A stretch of 63,945 nucleotides of DNA, filler included, from Atractiella rhizophila (Eukaryota), in assembly GCA_021432655.1 (NCBI GenBank). It is 14 parts of 12 records of this genome, joined end to end, with 100 filler letters (N's around TTAATTAATTAA, not from the genome) between each part and the next. Parts side by side here need not be neighbours in the genome. Positions count along the whole stretch, not along the records: positions 6,490 to 12,870 come from MU272303.1; positions 12,971 to 19,342 come from MU272304.1; positions 19,443 to 25,799 come from MU272305.1; positions 25,900 to 32,239 come from MU272306.1; 10 more parts are not named here. The stretch is one strand, 5' to 3'. How positions within the stretch are numbered: position 1 is the stretch's first letter; the number at the start of each line of letters is the position of its first letter. Shown in pieces: positions 12,514 through 25,935 of the stretch. Both the position numbers and the translations under genes were made by a program. The notes below the pieces were generated by a model. It did not search any database. It saw only the letters and a list, made by a program, of their open reading frames with translations, and had not been told where the DNA came from.

Positions 12514-13296
12514 GATGGTAGATGTCACTTCTTGATGCACCGTCTACAGTGGAGGATAGATACTGTTCATAAAGGTGAAAGATGTGCAGAGATAGAGTTC
12601 AGGAAAGGAAGAGATTAGGTTCAATGCAACCAGGATCACAGAATCCGGCCGCTCTGACACAGTGGCAAATGATAGGAACTGATTTGTTGAAAGTTCAACT
12701 TGACGTCTGCGTCTGCGTTGCAGTAACAGTATTGATCTGGAATGTACCTTCCCAACCACGTCAACAAGGTCTACCACATCATGACACGGCTCACATTGAG
12801 GAAGAGTGGAAAAGTCTGCGGAAACTGTACAAGCCAGTCCGAGGTTGGTGAGCGCACCACGAATGGCGCCNNNNNNNNNNNNNNNNNNNNNNNNNNNNNN
12901 NNNNNNNNNNNNNNTTAATTAATTAANNNNNNNNNNNNNNNNNNNNNNNNNNNNNNNNNNNNNNNNNNNNCGGAGGGAGCATCGAAAGCTGTTTGTGGCG
13001 TAATTGAAGGGAGTAAGGAGAAGACGGAGTGTGGAGGGAGGGATAGGTGGTGGGTCAGTGCTGCTGTGAGCTTGCGCAGGCTTGCGCATAGTCACATGAT
13101 GGGAACCTTAAATGATGCCATGGGGGTACTCCACTTGGGAATATCGAAATTCTGGTTCCATCTGGTTCCACTATCAGTGGTCGGCAGCCTCCGGCCCACG
13201 CGCCTGCTTATAAATGTCAACTTGAACTTGAAATGTTGATCGTCCTCCTCAAGGGATCTGTCAAAAGGTGTCGAAATCCTAGACGGAAAGCAAAAA

Positions 13297-14655
13297 ATGG
13301 CTAGATTTGGATTTTATAAAACTCTGAGCAGTGGCACGCAAGTACCTGCTCTGGCCTTTGGAACTGGTGCGTTACAGTGTCCTCAATCCCCTTTTCTGTC
13401 CTCGGAGGTTGCTCGAGGACTTTGAGTTCTTGTCTAGAAGAGAAGAATTATATGGGGAACCGAACATAGAGAAACTTTCGCGGTTTTACTTACTTTCGCC
13501 ATCCTTCTTTGTCATGTAACTGAAATCTGAAGTATTGATGATCTCCGTGTTTGCTGCTCTAGGTACCGCGCTTTTCAACCAGCCGGCCACAGAGCAGGCC
13601 ACTCTCGCTCTCTCCGTTGGCATAAATCACATAGATGCTGCACAAATGTACGGGAACGAAGGTGAGATCACATTTATGCCGACGAAGATATTTCTTGATA
13701 CCCCATCACAGCTTCTCTCAAAGGACCCATATCCAGCGTTCCCCGGTCCGAACTGTTCATCACGACTAAACTGCATCTCTTAGCAGGCGCTAGAACGGTG
13801 AAAGAGCGGCTCCAAGCCGAACTGAGAGATCTAGGAGTAGATTATGTCGATTTGTACCTCGTGCACACGCCTGTTCCTTGGACCAAGAAACAGGAGGGAA
13901 TGGATTTGAAACAAGTGTGGAAGGGGATGGAGGAGTGTAAGAAGTTGGGATTGGCGAAGGAGATCGGGGTCAGTAACTTCCGTCTCAAGGACTTTGATGC
14001 GATTTGGGAGGAGGCGGAGATCAAGCCGATTGTTAATCAGGTCCGTGCTTATTTTTTGATATCCACTCAGTCATAAGTCCTCACCGAAGAACTGAGAAGA
14101 TTGAGTTCCATCCTTACGTTTATGAATCCATACAACCTCTCCTCGAGTTTCACAAGAAGGTACTTCTCTGCTTTACATCTACATCACTCGATAGGTTGTT
14201 CATTGACGAAACAGCACAACATCTTCACCGAATCATTCGGAGGTCAATCAGCAGCTTTCCGACTTCCTGACGGCCCCGTTTCTGCCCTCATCCCTGCAAT
14301 CCAAGAAAGGCTGAAGAAGGAATCGGGAAAGGAGGTGTCTGCGAATGCGGTGTATATGCGATGGTTGGACAAGAAGGGAGTCATCGTCGTTACGTGAGTT
14401 GATTCTCTCTTTGGGATATGGTGGCAGTAGCTGATATGAATACGGGCAGAACCTCGAGTAAGAAGGAGAGGATTCAAGAGTTCATGGCGACGTTTGAGCT
14501 GCCAGAGTTGACGGATGAAGAGGAGCGAAGCATCGACGAGGCCGCAAAGAATGTGCATAAACGGTTCTACGTATGTTTATTCCCTGAACCGTTACCGCAA
14601 GCATCGTTGCCTCTGACCCGGGGAACGGGAACAGATGCGTCATATGGATGAATGA
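13297..14655 (+). CDS. Aldo-keto reductase, multi-exon
   Basis: VPALAFGTG|TA, GINHIDAAQMYGNE, LFITTK, LGVDYVDLYLVHTP, LAKEIGVSNF, PIVNQ|IEFHPY, VT|TSSKKERI. TATAAA near 13209. Confidence 0.92.
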
Positions 14656-14705
14656 GCAGGGTCCCCTCGCAAGATATATATGTAAATTAAGGTGGTTTGT
14701 AAATA

Positions 14706-15082
14706 TCATTGCTTTAGACATGAAATCGCGTTAGATCTTACTCCATTCATTGTGCTAGCGCATCCACGGCACAGCAGACGACCCAAGCTCAAGGAATACG
14801 GAGCCATGTATTGCAGGGATACTATTTGTTCAGATTCTTTGGATGGCTCTTCTGCGTGGTATTGTTGAGGAGAGCCCTCAAGCACCCCAACTGATTCCAC
14901 CCAGGGGCAGAATCCCCTGTTGATGAGGGCGAGGGGGATATTGGTTAATTCCTCGATCCTCCTTCCTCCCTTCAAATCCTCCTCTATTTTCTTAAGGGAG
15001 ATTGCTGCCGATGCGAACTTTTCAGGAAAGGTGAGAGTCACGTCAACCCTCATGTGACAATATTTTCCTTCTGTCATGAACT
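14706..15082 (-). other. Isolated exon-like ORF of unknown function
   Basis: 123-codon ORF preceded by a CTAAC branch site and a TAG acceptor. No recognisable family. Confidence 0.2.
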
Positions 15083-15509
15083 ACATATGTTAGTCTGCTC
15101 CTGCTGTCTTTTCTGGCAGCATCTAAGTGCGTCTTAAGTTGAGATCCAAACATCCAGTTTTCAACGCATTGTAGAGGAACCTTCATGTAGTCCACATTGA
15201 ATCTTACACTGACGAATCATTGCTCGTTCAATTAGGTGTCAATGGTGTGGGTGAGATTAATAGAGAGACAAATTCGTGACAGCAGAACTGTTGGGAGGAT
15301 AGTATGGATAAGGCTGATAATCAATGATAATCAAACTTGATGAAACAAACCCAGCGCAAACAAAATATTGCTAGAACCAGTCCAAAACAAGAGCACATCT
15401 GTCCTTTCTCGATTAGTGATCGTTATCCTCCCCAACTCTGAGACTAGAAACCGTGCTTGTATCAGCGGCATGGGTCGGGAACTCGCCGACGCTTTCAGGT
15501 TGAATCATG

Positions 15510-17360
15510 AGCTCTCCATCGGTGGTTCGAATGAGCGCTCCATCGTCTAGGAGGAACGGGACCCTCTCCGCCAAATCCAAGGTTTCACCAGGATCGTAAC
15601 AAGTGTGACCCATGAGCAATTTTCAGAATGAAAGGACAAACCTTCGTCATCGTCAACGTCTTGACGAGCAGTGCTTGCACCATCATCTCCATCTCCATCG
15701 CTGCCCTGTGAACTCGTTTCGTTCGGAGGGACAGAGACGATTGCAAGAGCATTAATCTGACGGAGGTGGGGTAGGGGAGTTTCGGATGTGCCGTTCCAGT
15801 GTTGGGTCTATAACAAAGCGATGAGCAGATAAGATAGGCACTCTGGGCTACAAAAGACTGACCGCCTGATTCGAGCGGCTGGACAATCGTCCAAACAGCA
15901 ATGTGTTGGAAGGTTGTGTATTTGTTTTCTAAAAAGTGTGTGAGGTGTCCGTGTAAACCGCCTTCAAGATCGTCTCAGAAGGCATTAAAAGAATTGTATT
16001 CTTTCTCTGTAGGGAATCTCTTCAGCTGGCGCAGATTCGTTCTCAAATGGCACGCACCTTTGGAAGATAAATTGCCTATAGCAGCGGCACTTGTTGCCTT
16101 GGACTTCCATGCCGCTGCTTGCTGTGAGAGGAATCAACACTTCTAGGGTGCCCATGTTTAGAAGATCGCTGTTGATATCATCTGTGGAGTACATCAGCCA
16201 AACTTCTCACTGGAAAGCCACACAGCTTACTGTCCAAGTCCAGAACAGCTGCGCAAGCCGTCATCTCGGACTGGACGCTAATCGGCACAGTTGAGGACAA
16301 GTTACTTGATTTTATCCAAAGCCCCGGCTTCAACCATACCTGACTTGTTCTTCCTGCTCGACGCCGCGAGATTATGGAGAGTGGAGATGGCATGACATTG
16401 TATCTCTTCGTTCTCCTTGTATGCCAGCAGATCGATGAGGAGATGAAGGAAGCCGGATTCAATGATGGAGAACTCGTTCACGGATGGATGGAGACGCAGG
16501 TCGCAGAGGAGAGGATAAGAGGTAGGAACAATGATCGAAGGAGCGAAGAAGCGAAGAAGCGGAGGAAGGCCGCCAGATTTGACAATCTCAGTTTGAGATT
16601 TCTCTGTTGTGGAATCATAGGAGTTGAGAAGAGAATGAATGAACCATGCAGACGTGAGGTTTCGGAGTGCCAAAGCGGCTTGACACTGGACCTTAAGTGA
16701 AAGGCTGTCCATGAGGGTGATGAGATTCTGAACAAGCTTCGACTTTGTATTCAATAACTTCTTTCGGTTGTTGGCTGTGATGCACCAGTAAGAGAAAGTT
16801 TTTGGACGGGAGGAAAAGAAAGCCGAGCCATCAACAGCAAAGTTGGACAGAGCCGTTGTGCAGTAGTACTGGATTTCGTGTCGGGAGAGCTGCAGGCCTA
16901 CAATGACAGATATTGCTACTGCATTGACGAGCTGTTGGCGATTCTCATCTGTTATAATTTCAGTGATGTCACTTTCGGCAGACTGAGGGAGATAAATCAC
17001 CGCTCTGTGTCCTGTTCAGGAGAGCACCAGTAGCATTCCGCTGGAGGCGCATGTCCTTGCTTTTTGCGTAAGAGGAACGAGAGCACCAGATCTTGCGATC
17101 CTGGTTTTATCCTCATCTGGAATAGTATCAGTTTGCAGCCGAAACAGAATGGAGTGGCTGACTGTGAGTTGCAGGGTTGGTGCACGTTGGTGACGCAGCC
17201 GACAGCGTAGCGTTGGACTTCGGTATTTGGACTGAGCATTTGACGAATGAGGGGCTGGAGACCGCCTAGTCGCACGATGAAGAGCTTGTTGTCCACTGTC
17301 ACGATATCGACGGCGAGTCCGGTTCCCGAGAGTAAGAACAGGTTCCAGTAGCTTCAACGA
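15510..17360 (-). pseudogene. VAC8: Degenerate VAC8 (armadillo-repeat vacuolar protein) copy
   Basis: [92 protein letters not shown]. In-frame TAA at 16302, non-homopolymer frameshifting deletions (about 17070 and 16520) and a collapsed N-terminus. Introns are retained. Confidence 0.8.
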
Positions 17361-18528
17361 ACGGTAAGATTATGCGCCCAAAGAAAGAAATCAGAAAGAC
17401 CAACCGATTGCGAAAATAAGTCCACCAGACAGAGAACATCTAGAGTGACGATTGCTCCCAGCATGAAAGGCAAACTGCATGCTTCATCAAATGAGCGGGG
17501 AGTATAACAGCAATCGCCAACGCACTGCTGGTTCTGCTGCGAATACTGCAAGCAAAGTCCACCTCTCATAACTAATGTCATCAGAAAGAGCGTTCAAGAC
17601 ACCAGCGATGATTTGGAAGCAGATAGGGCCGTTGGGAGCAGCGGGGTCATGCCCTCTAATGCAAAGGAGTTCCTGCCTGAACCTCACAACACATGAGTAC
17701 ATGTTTCAGACAAGATGGCAAGGGAATTACAGGAGGCACAGCAGACGCACTTGAGGGAGATTTAATGGCAAATCTGTCATGTCTTCCCTATTTGTTAGGT
17801 AGTTGAGTTAGGTATGTTTGGAGATGTAGAGGAGAGGGACGAAGAGGAACACGAAGAAGGAGGAAGAAGTTCAAAGTCAGATAGAATAAACTATACCGAG
17901 ACGCCAAAGAAGTGAAAGAAAGCATAGGATGATAATAACCATACCTGAAATCTTTATACCTGCAAACCGCTACTTGGGTGATCCGCAGACGCATCCTTCC
18001 GAAACGGCAAACTTCCCTTTTCCAAATTCCTTCGCCACCTTTGAGATGCTTTGTGTTATTAAGTTTCTACGGTGTTACTGGGCCTGTCTAGCGTAGGCAG
18101 CCTGAGATTGAGGCACTTTGCCAGAGCGGATTCTGATTAGACATTATCTACCTCCTTATCCACTACTTACTTATTGAGATACTCCTTATAACGTTCTACC
18201 GATAATACATTAATTTCACCACTTTATCTAGAAAATTTGGGGCCGACTTCGCTTAGTCACGTGCCAATAAGTAAAAGCGGAGCTCTACCTTTACTTTACT
18301 AGGGTTACTTTACCAGGTAAAGTATGGTCAAGCCGGATCAGGGCTGCTTTACTAGTAAAGTGCGAACACTGTGTGTGACACACTTGTCACGACAAAACTC
18401 AACTCCACTTTCACCCTAACCGCTACGCTATAACCAGGACCATAACATTAAGTAGTTGCCTCCTGCTGTGAGTTGTACAATTGTCTTCTCGTTGCAACCC
18501 TAACCTGAGATGGTCTTGATCAGCGATC

Positions 18529-19342
18529 ATGCCCACATCCACCTCGAATCGGTCTACGTCGAACAGGCGACTAGACCTTCCCACCACACCGCCCCGCTAC
18601 TCAGACAACGCTACTACACCTTTCTCCTTGTCGTCTAATGCTGAGCACGCCTATGTTTTTGCAGAGCGCGATGTCCGTGGAAAATTCGAGGAGGTTTCTG
18701 TGAAGGAAATTCTTGACATGCTCCCTGCACCTAAGAGCTACTCGGAATCACGGCCAGCTCCTCACCCAATCGATATCTCTGTACCAGTTTCCAATAAAAA
18801 CGAACTGTATTCTCAAGTGGTGAGTGTTCAGAACTGAGGTGATTGCGATAGGTTGAGAAGCAGTATAGATCACTGGCTTGGACCGCTACCTCGCTCGCGA
18901 TTGGCACTGGGTCGACACGTCTACGCTCCCCGACAAAACAATACATCCTGTTTACAACTATTCTGCGGTAAAACCTGACCTAGTGTTGTATTCGGCGGAC
19001 GCGGTCGCGGTGGAAGGGAACAGTATGCGCGATGTGGACATGTTTGCTGAGCTCAAGACAGAGAAAATAACGGATTCCTTCGAGTCCAAACGCTCCCCTT
19101 TCGAACGGGACTCTAAGGTTGCACGAGAAATCCGAGGTCAAATTACCGTTTACAATACCGTTATCCAGACATTGCAACACCGTACTCGTGTCTTCTCCTT
19201 TTCTCTCCATGGCGCCGTGGCACGCCTCATTGTCCACTCTCGCGCCGGATCGAAAGTGTCTCAAAGGTTCGATGTCAGGTTGGATAATTCGTTATCCGAT
19301 TACATCGACCGCTATACTCACGCTGCCCCCGAACAAAGAGGC
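18529..19342 (+). CDS. FunK1 (fungal-type protein kinase) family, 5' part
   Basis: KPDLVLY, MFAELK..DSF, RGQITVY..IQTLQHRTRVFSFSLHGAVARLIVHSRAG. One intron at about 18820-18867. Confidence 0.8.
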
Positions 19343-19442
19343 NNNNNNNNNNNNNNNNNNNNNNNNNNNNNNNNNNNNNNNNNNNNTTAATTAATTAANN
19401 NNNNNNNNNNNNNNNNNNNNNNNNNNNNNNNNNNNNNNNNNN

Positions 19443-20870
19443 AGTGCCTACGAAAGAGCCGGGATATGGAGAAATTCGCATCAAGGTACGTACCAGCATT
19501 TGAATTTGAGAAATCATTGAAGAAAGGACAGGTTTCAGCGTGCGGAATCTGCGCGACAGACCATCTTAGTGTGGAGGGTCTAGTGCCAGGGATCACCTTC
19601 CCTCACACCGGAGGTCACGAAGTGATTGGGAGGATTGATGCAATCGGTATTTGCTTTCCAACACCGATGTAGACGTGGACTAACGGCAGCCTCTGCAAGG
19701 GCAAGGAGTGCCTCCTGTTTGGAAAGTTGGACAAAGGGTGGGAGTTGGATATGCTGGTGGCTATTGGTTTCGATCCTTCATTTCGATTACTTGAAAAGTT
19801 CTGAGATTATCTACAGCGAAGTATGCGAGGGATGTCTAACCGGGGATACCGAGTCTTGTGTTGGTCAAACTGTAACGTTTTGATACCGTAGATGCATTGG
19901 GCTCATTGCGTATCCTAGCCGACTGGACTGGGGCGTGACGGAGGATGGCAAGAATACCTGAATGTACCAATTAAAGGTTCGAATCTCCATATCTCTCATT
20001 TCCTGTACTAACGTCCGTGTCATAGTGGTCGTCCGTATCCCAGAAGATCATGCCCAATCCGACCAGGAAGTAGCTCCTCTACTGTGCGCTGGCGTGACGG
20101 TTTTTGGCGCTCTGCGAGATGCGAAATACAAGCCTGGAGACGTATGCATCATTCAAGGAATTGGAGGATTGGGACACCTCGCCATCCAATATGCTTCCAG
20201 ACTGGGATTGCGAGTGTTTGCCGTCTCGAACACCACCGATAAAAGGGTGCTTGTACAGCAACTTGGGGCGGAGGACGTCTGGACTACTGAGGAAGCTGTG
20301 CAGAAGGCGCAAGCATTGGGAGGAGCGAAAGTGATACTTGCGTATGCTTTTTGAACAGTCATCCCGCATCTTTGTCATCATCCTTTGAGACAGGACTTCC
20401 CCAAATGTTCAATCCATCAATGCTCTTTTGCCAGCACTTGCGAAAAAGGGTCAAGCCCTTGTCGTTGGTCTGGGAGTGGACGACGAAATCAAAATTAACA
20501 CAGTTTTCTTGGTCGCCAACAAGATCACTGTTCAGGGATCCGTGACGGTTAGCTTTTCTCTCAAATGCGTCCTATCACAAGGACTTTTTTCACTCAACAT
20601 TCGGTCGGTTCGCAGGGTCAAATCAGCGTCCATGAAGATGCGGTGCGCTTTGCGATGCTGAAGAACGTCAGAGCTATGGTCAATGTGGGACTTCACTCCC
20701 TCATTTCTGATGCAAAGAGAACTGATGTTGAATATACAGACTTTCCCTTTGGAAAAGATACAAGAGGCTTATGATGAAGTCATGAATGGCCGCCCCAAGT
20801 TTAGGTGAGGATGGTTCTGACAACGTTGCTCTCGCACTGACATGGACACAGGAATGTAATACTCTTCTGA
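19443..20870 (+). CDS. Zinc-binding alcohol dehydrogenase (MDR family), 5' truncated
   Basis: CGICATDH, GHEVIG, structural-Zn C..C..C.......C, APLLCAGVTVFGAL, GIGGLGHLAIQYA, GRPKFR|NVILF*. Confidence 0.9.
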
Positions 20871-21098
20871 TCCAATGAGCTTGTCCACAACGATTTGATG
20901 GAAGCGACTCGTTAAATGAATGTGTATGTAAGAAGATGCAGACTGCAATCCAATATATGTTGAATTCCATAGCTTTTCACTGTGTCAGCCATAATATCAA
21001 AATTTCAAATCGCCAGATCTGGAAGTTTAGTTCGCATCTCGATCACATTGAGCATTTCGCATCACCACGTCCTCATTCGGCAAGGCAATCATTCACCT

Positions 21099-22061
21099 AT
21101 GGAGCCTTCTCCCTCTCGCCCTTCTACGCCTACGTCAGCCGCAGCCTCTTCATCTTATGCCGTTGAAGCACCACAAGAATTGCCCATCATTCCGGAATTG
21201 AGAAAGAGACACCCAACGCCCTACTCCACGACTCATACGACGGAGCAGCCAACCACAAGTGTTGCTGAAGCTGAAGGCAAGGAGAGCAAGGGAGTAACAG
21301 ATCTAAAGGATGTTAAGGATGTGAAGGGGAAGGGTAAAGCAATCGATGCTGAAGCTGGCAGTGAGGAGGAATCCGGGTTTTTCGACTGTCACATATGGTA
21401 CGTTCTTGTCCCCGTCACGGGAGTGGGGAGTGGGGAAAGGAGGGAGAATGTCGTCTGATTGCTATTGTATGACTGCGGCATCACAGCCTAGAAACAGCAC
21501 GGGATCCAGTTCTCACGCAGTGTGGACACCTCTTCTGCTGGTCGTGTCTCTACCTCTGGTTTTCCTCTCGTCCCTCTGCCTCTTCTTGCACCTGCCCAGT
21601 ATGCAAAGCTCCGTCTTCTTCAACTACCGTCATCCCTATCTATGGTCGTGGCCGTCCGGCAGTTGATCCACGGTCGAAGCCTCCTCCACCGCGACCAAAA
21701 GCGACGCCTCCTCCTGCTCCGTCAAGGACTGGCTGGAATTTCAGTCCTATGGATACCTTTTTCGGTCCCGCATCTGCATCAGGAGCCGGAGGGGTAAGAG
21801 TGCACGCTGGACTTCATGCCGGCTTATTTCCGTTTCCGAGCATTGGGTTTACGTTTGGTGGAGGTGGAGGAACAGGGTTGATGGGCGCGGAAGGGGAGAG
21901 GTGGAGGGAGGAGAATGAGCGCGCGCAGACATTTGTATCAAGGGTTTTTGGGGTGTTGGCGTTGCTTATTATTCGTATGTCTTCGCTCTAGCATATGCCC
22001 GGCCTCGCTGAAGGAGATGGTTGATCTGTTTGTTGATTCAGTGACGATGGTTTTCGGTTAG
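21099..22061 (+). CDS. RNF5/RNF185-like ER membrane RING E3 ligase
   Basis: FDCHIC|LETARDPVLTQCGHLFCWSCLYLW..CPVCK..VIPIYGRG..PPRPK, plus a C-terminal hydrophobic anchor. Confidence 0.88.
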
Positions 22062-22345
22062 TCTCATCGCTCTTTATACCAATGGTCCAAAGCAGAGTTG
22101 ATGCATGGTGGATGGCAAGATGTATATCTTATCGATTGAGTTGCTGTATGGAATTCTGCTTTCTTTCTTGGTAATGCTTCGGTATCGCAAATGTACATTA
22201 ACACAAGTCATATATCCCACTCTTTACTCGTTTCACACTTGAAGGAACACTGATGCAACAAATCTTGACATTTTCTGTACATTTTCTTCTCGCTACAGTA
22301 ATTTCACATCACGCTCTTCATCCTTCTTCTACTTAGTTGGCTTGA

Positions 22346-23713
22346 TTAAGAGAGCATCAATACGCTGCTAGGCGTCAATCCCAACTCTCCAAGGCTCTTT
22401 GACATCTCACCAGCCGAGAACACCTTTCTCGGGAAAGGAATAGCTAAATTGCAGCATCACCAACATCATGAGCGCTATTGAAGAGAACAACGCAAAGAAA
22501 TCTCTTACAAAACTTGANNNNNNNNNNNNNNNNNNNNNNNNNNNNNNNNNNNNNNNNNNNNNNNNNNNNNNNNNNNNNNNNNNNNNNNNNNNNNNNNNNN
22601 NNNNNNNNNNNNNNNNNNNNNNNNNNNNNNNNNNNNNNNNNNNNNNNNNNNNNNNNNNNNNNNNNNNNNNNNNNNNNNNNNNNNNNNNNNNNNNNNNNNN
22701 NNNNNNNNNNNNNNNNNNNNNNNNNNNNNNNNNNNNNNNNNNNNNNNNNNNNNNNNNNNNNNNNNNNNNNNNNNNNNNNNNNNNNNNNNNNNNNNNNNNN
22801 NNNNNNNNNNNNNNNNNNNNNNNNNNNNNNNNNNNNNNNNNNNNNNNNNNNNNNNNNNNNNNNNNNNNNNNNNNNNNNNNNNNNNNNNNNNNNNNNNNNN
22901 NNNNNNNNNNNNNNNNNNNNNNNNNNNNNNNNNNNNNNNNNNNNNNNNNNNNNNNNNNNNNNNNNNNNNNNNNNNNNNNNNNNNNNNNNNNNNNNNNNNN
23001 NNNNNNNNNNNNNNNNNNNNNNNNNNNNNNNNNNNNNNNNNNNNNNNNNNNNNNNNNNNNNNNNNNNNNNNNNNNNNNNNNNNNNNNNNNNNNNNNNNNN
23101 NNNNNNNNNNNNNNNNNNNNNNNNNNNNNNNNNTTTCTCCTTCTTCTCCTCTTCCGTCAAAGGCTTCACCTCCTCTGTGGACTCTTCAAATTGATCGTGG
23201 CCAGATTTATCACCATGATAAGATGCTAGGGCGGTGTTTCTGTGCACCACAAAATGTCATAGGTCAGAACAAAATATCTTGACTGTCAGAAGCAGAAGGG
23301 ATCAAGATGGCCCACCTAAAGATCTTGCCACATTGCAAGCACTTTAACGACTTCGCTTCTCCCCCAGCAGCCACTCCTGCCAGAGCTTCGTCCTCGTCAT
23401 CTTCATCTTTCTCCTCTTCTTGCAGCTCAGGGTCATCTGCATGTGCAAGCAGCCCTATAACACACAACCCACATCGTCAGCTTTACGCGTTTCGAACAGC
23501 CATTGTTAATCAGCGGAGAGGGATGCTTACAGTCGAGTGCAGCTTGAGTACCCGAGTTTTTCGTCTAAGCGCAATTGCAAGACACGTAAGTCATACAAGA
23601 CAGAGCATGGAGGGATAGAATGGCACCTGCTTCAACGCTTTCTTGGATTTGGCCTCAGAGAAGCCCATCGACGTTAGCTCCTTCAAAGCGAGATCGTGCG
23701 CTGGATCCGACAT
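22346..23713 (-). CDS. UBA - C2H2 - UBX domain protein (UBXN1-like), middle in gap
   Basis: LTSMGFSE (UBA), SLKCLQCGKIFR..ALASYHGDKSGHDQFEESTEEVKPLTEEEKKEK, and C-terminal FPRKVF..SLGELGLTPSSVL (UBX). Confidence 0.88.
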
Positions 23714-23925
23714 CTTGTTCTTTCTTTTGTGCGTTCTACAACGTCTTCGTCGTTTACACACCCTAGCTTTCTTGCCGCCTTGATTCCTTGTCCGCGACCT
23801 CTTTGTGTGAACAAAAGTCCAAAAGAGGAAATGTCAGCCCAACTTTGGTGACCACACGTGACCTGTGTACCCGTCGCGATTTCGACCATCTCTGCTCGTT
23901 CAAGGTTCGCTGAAATTTTCGAGAA

Positions 23926-25374
23926 ATGGCATACAAAGGTATTAATTGCGCATCCAAGCTTCTGCATGCCTCTCGCTTTTCTCTCACTCGCCAGCTCCCC
24001 CGTGCTCCTCTTCGCGCGTTTTCCAGCTCCACATCTTCACGCGCGGGACCTCCTCCACCCAAATCAGACGCTCAAGACAACAGGATATACGTCTCCTCAT
24101 CCTCTTCTTCTCCAGATACGAAGAACCTCAACCTTTCTTTCCTTTCCGACAAAAACGCGGTCTCAAGTGCATTTCTTAATGCTTTGCTCAAATGTTGTGA
24201 AGAAGTGAAAGCGTCCGAGTGTGTCTTTCTTTTACGATGCCAATATTTATTAGCCAGAATATAGTGGATTTATTGCTAATTTTGTATGGATGGACGGAGG
24301 GAATAGGGATACGAGAGCAGTGTTTCTCAGAAGCGACCACCCCAAGATCTTCTGTGCGGGTGCCAATTTGAAGGAGAGGCTGGGGATGAGCCGTACCGAG
24401 ATCCTCTCCTTCCTCGACCTCTTCCGTCGCACCCTCAACTCTCTCGAATCCATACCTGTACGCTAACCTCCTCCCTTTCTTTTGCATTTTCACGGTTTGC
24501 CGTCCGAGCCTGTTATTTCTGCTTCTGTGGATCGTGATAATTCTTGGTCATGGATAACTTGTGCTGATACTCCCGTGATCGATGGATGGATAGGTACCGA
24601 CTTTCGCTTTGATTGAAGGAGCTGCTCTCGGTGGTGGCTTGGAAATTGCACTGGCTTGTGACTTCCGAGTGTCCAAGTCCTATCCATCCCCCTCTTCAGA
24701 CGGAGGATCCAAATCCCCGATCCTCATCGGTCTACCAGAAACGAAGCTAGCCATTATACCAGGGTAGGTCGTTGACTCCGTCCACATCGTCTTTTCCTCC
24801 TTAACGACTCACTGGACGGCTGAGATTGAGTTATGTGTAGGGCTGGAGGCACACAACGTCTTCTTCGCCTCATCGGTCCGTCGAAATCGAAGGCGCTCAT
24901 ATTCGAAGGACGACGGTTGGACGCGTTGAAGGCTTACGAGTTGGGAATTGTGGATTATTTGGCAGAGGGTGAGGAGACGGTGGAAGAGAGGGCGGGGAAG
25001 GCGGTACAGGCGATGGTAGATGCTGGTACGCTCGTCCTCTTCATCCTTGTTCTCCAGCTTCTAGTACAACTGCAAGCTGGAGCTTGGATCTTGAAAGAGA
25101 AAGATAGAGCTAATTGGTGGGTTAATAGGTCCCGTAGCTTTGAAGGCTGCTAAAGGAGCGATAAATGAAGGAATGGAGTTGGGCGACCTGTTTGTCCTCC
25201 ATCCTTCTCGTTTTCTATTAAACTCCATGTTCACTACTTTTGTGGATGTGTAATAGGGACGAGGCGCTCGACGTTGAGCGCAAGTTCTACGAGCAGGTGC
25301 TCGACACACAGGATCGGGTGGAAGGCTTGAAGGCGTTCGTAGAGAAGAGGAAGCCAGAGTATCGAGGCGTCTAA
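23926..25374 (+). CDS. Mitochondrial enoyl-CoA hydratase / methylglutaconyl-CoA hydratase (AUH-like)
   Basis: [71 protein letters not shown]. Confidence 0.9.
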
Positions 25375-25935
25375 TCCATTCTCCCATTCTCCATGGCTGC
25401 TGAGAAACGAAGAACATTGATGTAATACAATGCACGTTCAAAATGGCTCTGATTGCGTATTCTAGTTCCTATGCCTATGAATGAAGACGAGGCTGACCTC
25501 GATCCATATCAATAGAGTAGTCATGGTATCTGTACGGTAATTTCAGCCGTTTCACGCTGGCAATAAGCGAACGCAATGAATCGTAGTCCAAGGTCCTTTC
25601 TCTGCTCAATGTTGATGTGTTGAGAGACGAACGATGATTTGTTCAATCTGAGTGTAAGGCAGATTTGGCAGACTATCTCATTTTTCTCGTATCGACGGTG
25701 TCGGCTGTTGTATGCTTCAGGAAAGTCGAGATCGATGAAGCTGATCATTCTGGAGCTCAAATGACCAACTGTCAGCTTGTCGTTGTCGTTCAATCAGACN
25801 NNNNNNNNNNNNNNNNNNNNNNNNNNNNNNNNNNNNNNNNNNNTTAATTAATTAANNNNNNNNNNNNNNNNNNNNNNNNNNNNNNNNNNNNNNNNNNNNC
25901 TCCTTCTCAGTCTCAAACGTTTCCGAACCTGCAGC

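Noticed and set aside
18405..18510. Telomerase RNA template (CAACCCTAACC)
   Set aside because: Short match only; no pseudoknot or CR4/5-like structure recognised, and it lies in the probable FunK1 promoter/5' UTR.
19970..19995. tRNA T-loop-like GGTTCGAATC
   Set aside because: It is an exon/intron junction of the ADH gene with no cloverleaf. No tRNA or rRNA genes were recognised in the window.
13297..25374. Metabolic cluster of aldo-keto reductase, alcohol dehydrogenase and enoyl-CoA hydratase
   Set aside because: The genes lie on different fragments separated by a spacer, and there is no backbone enzyme.
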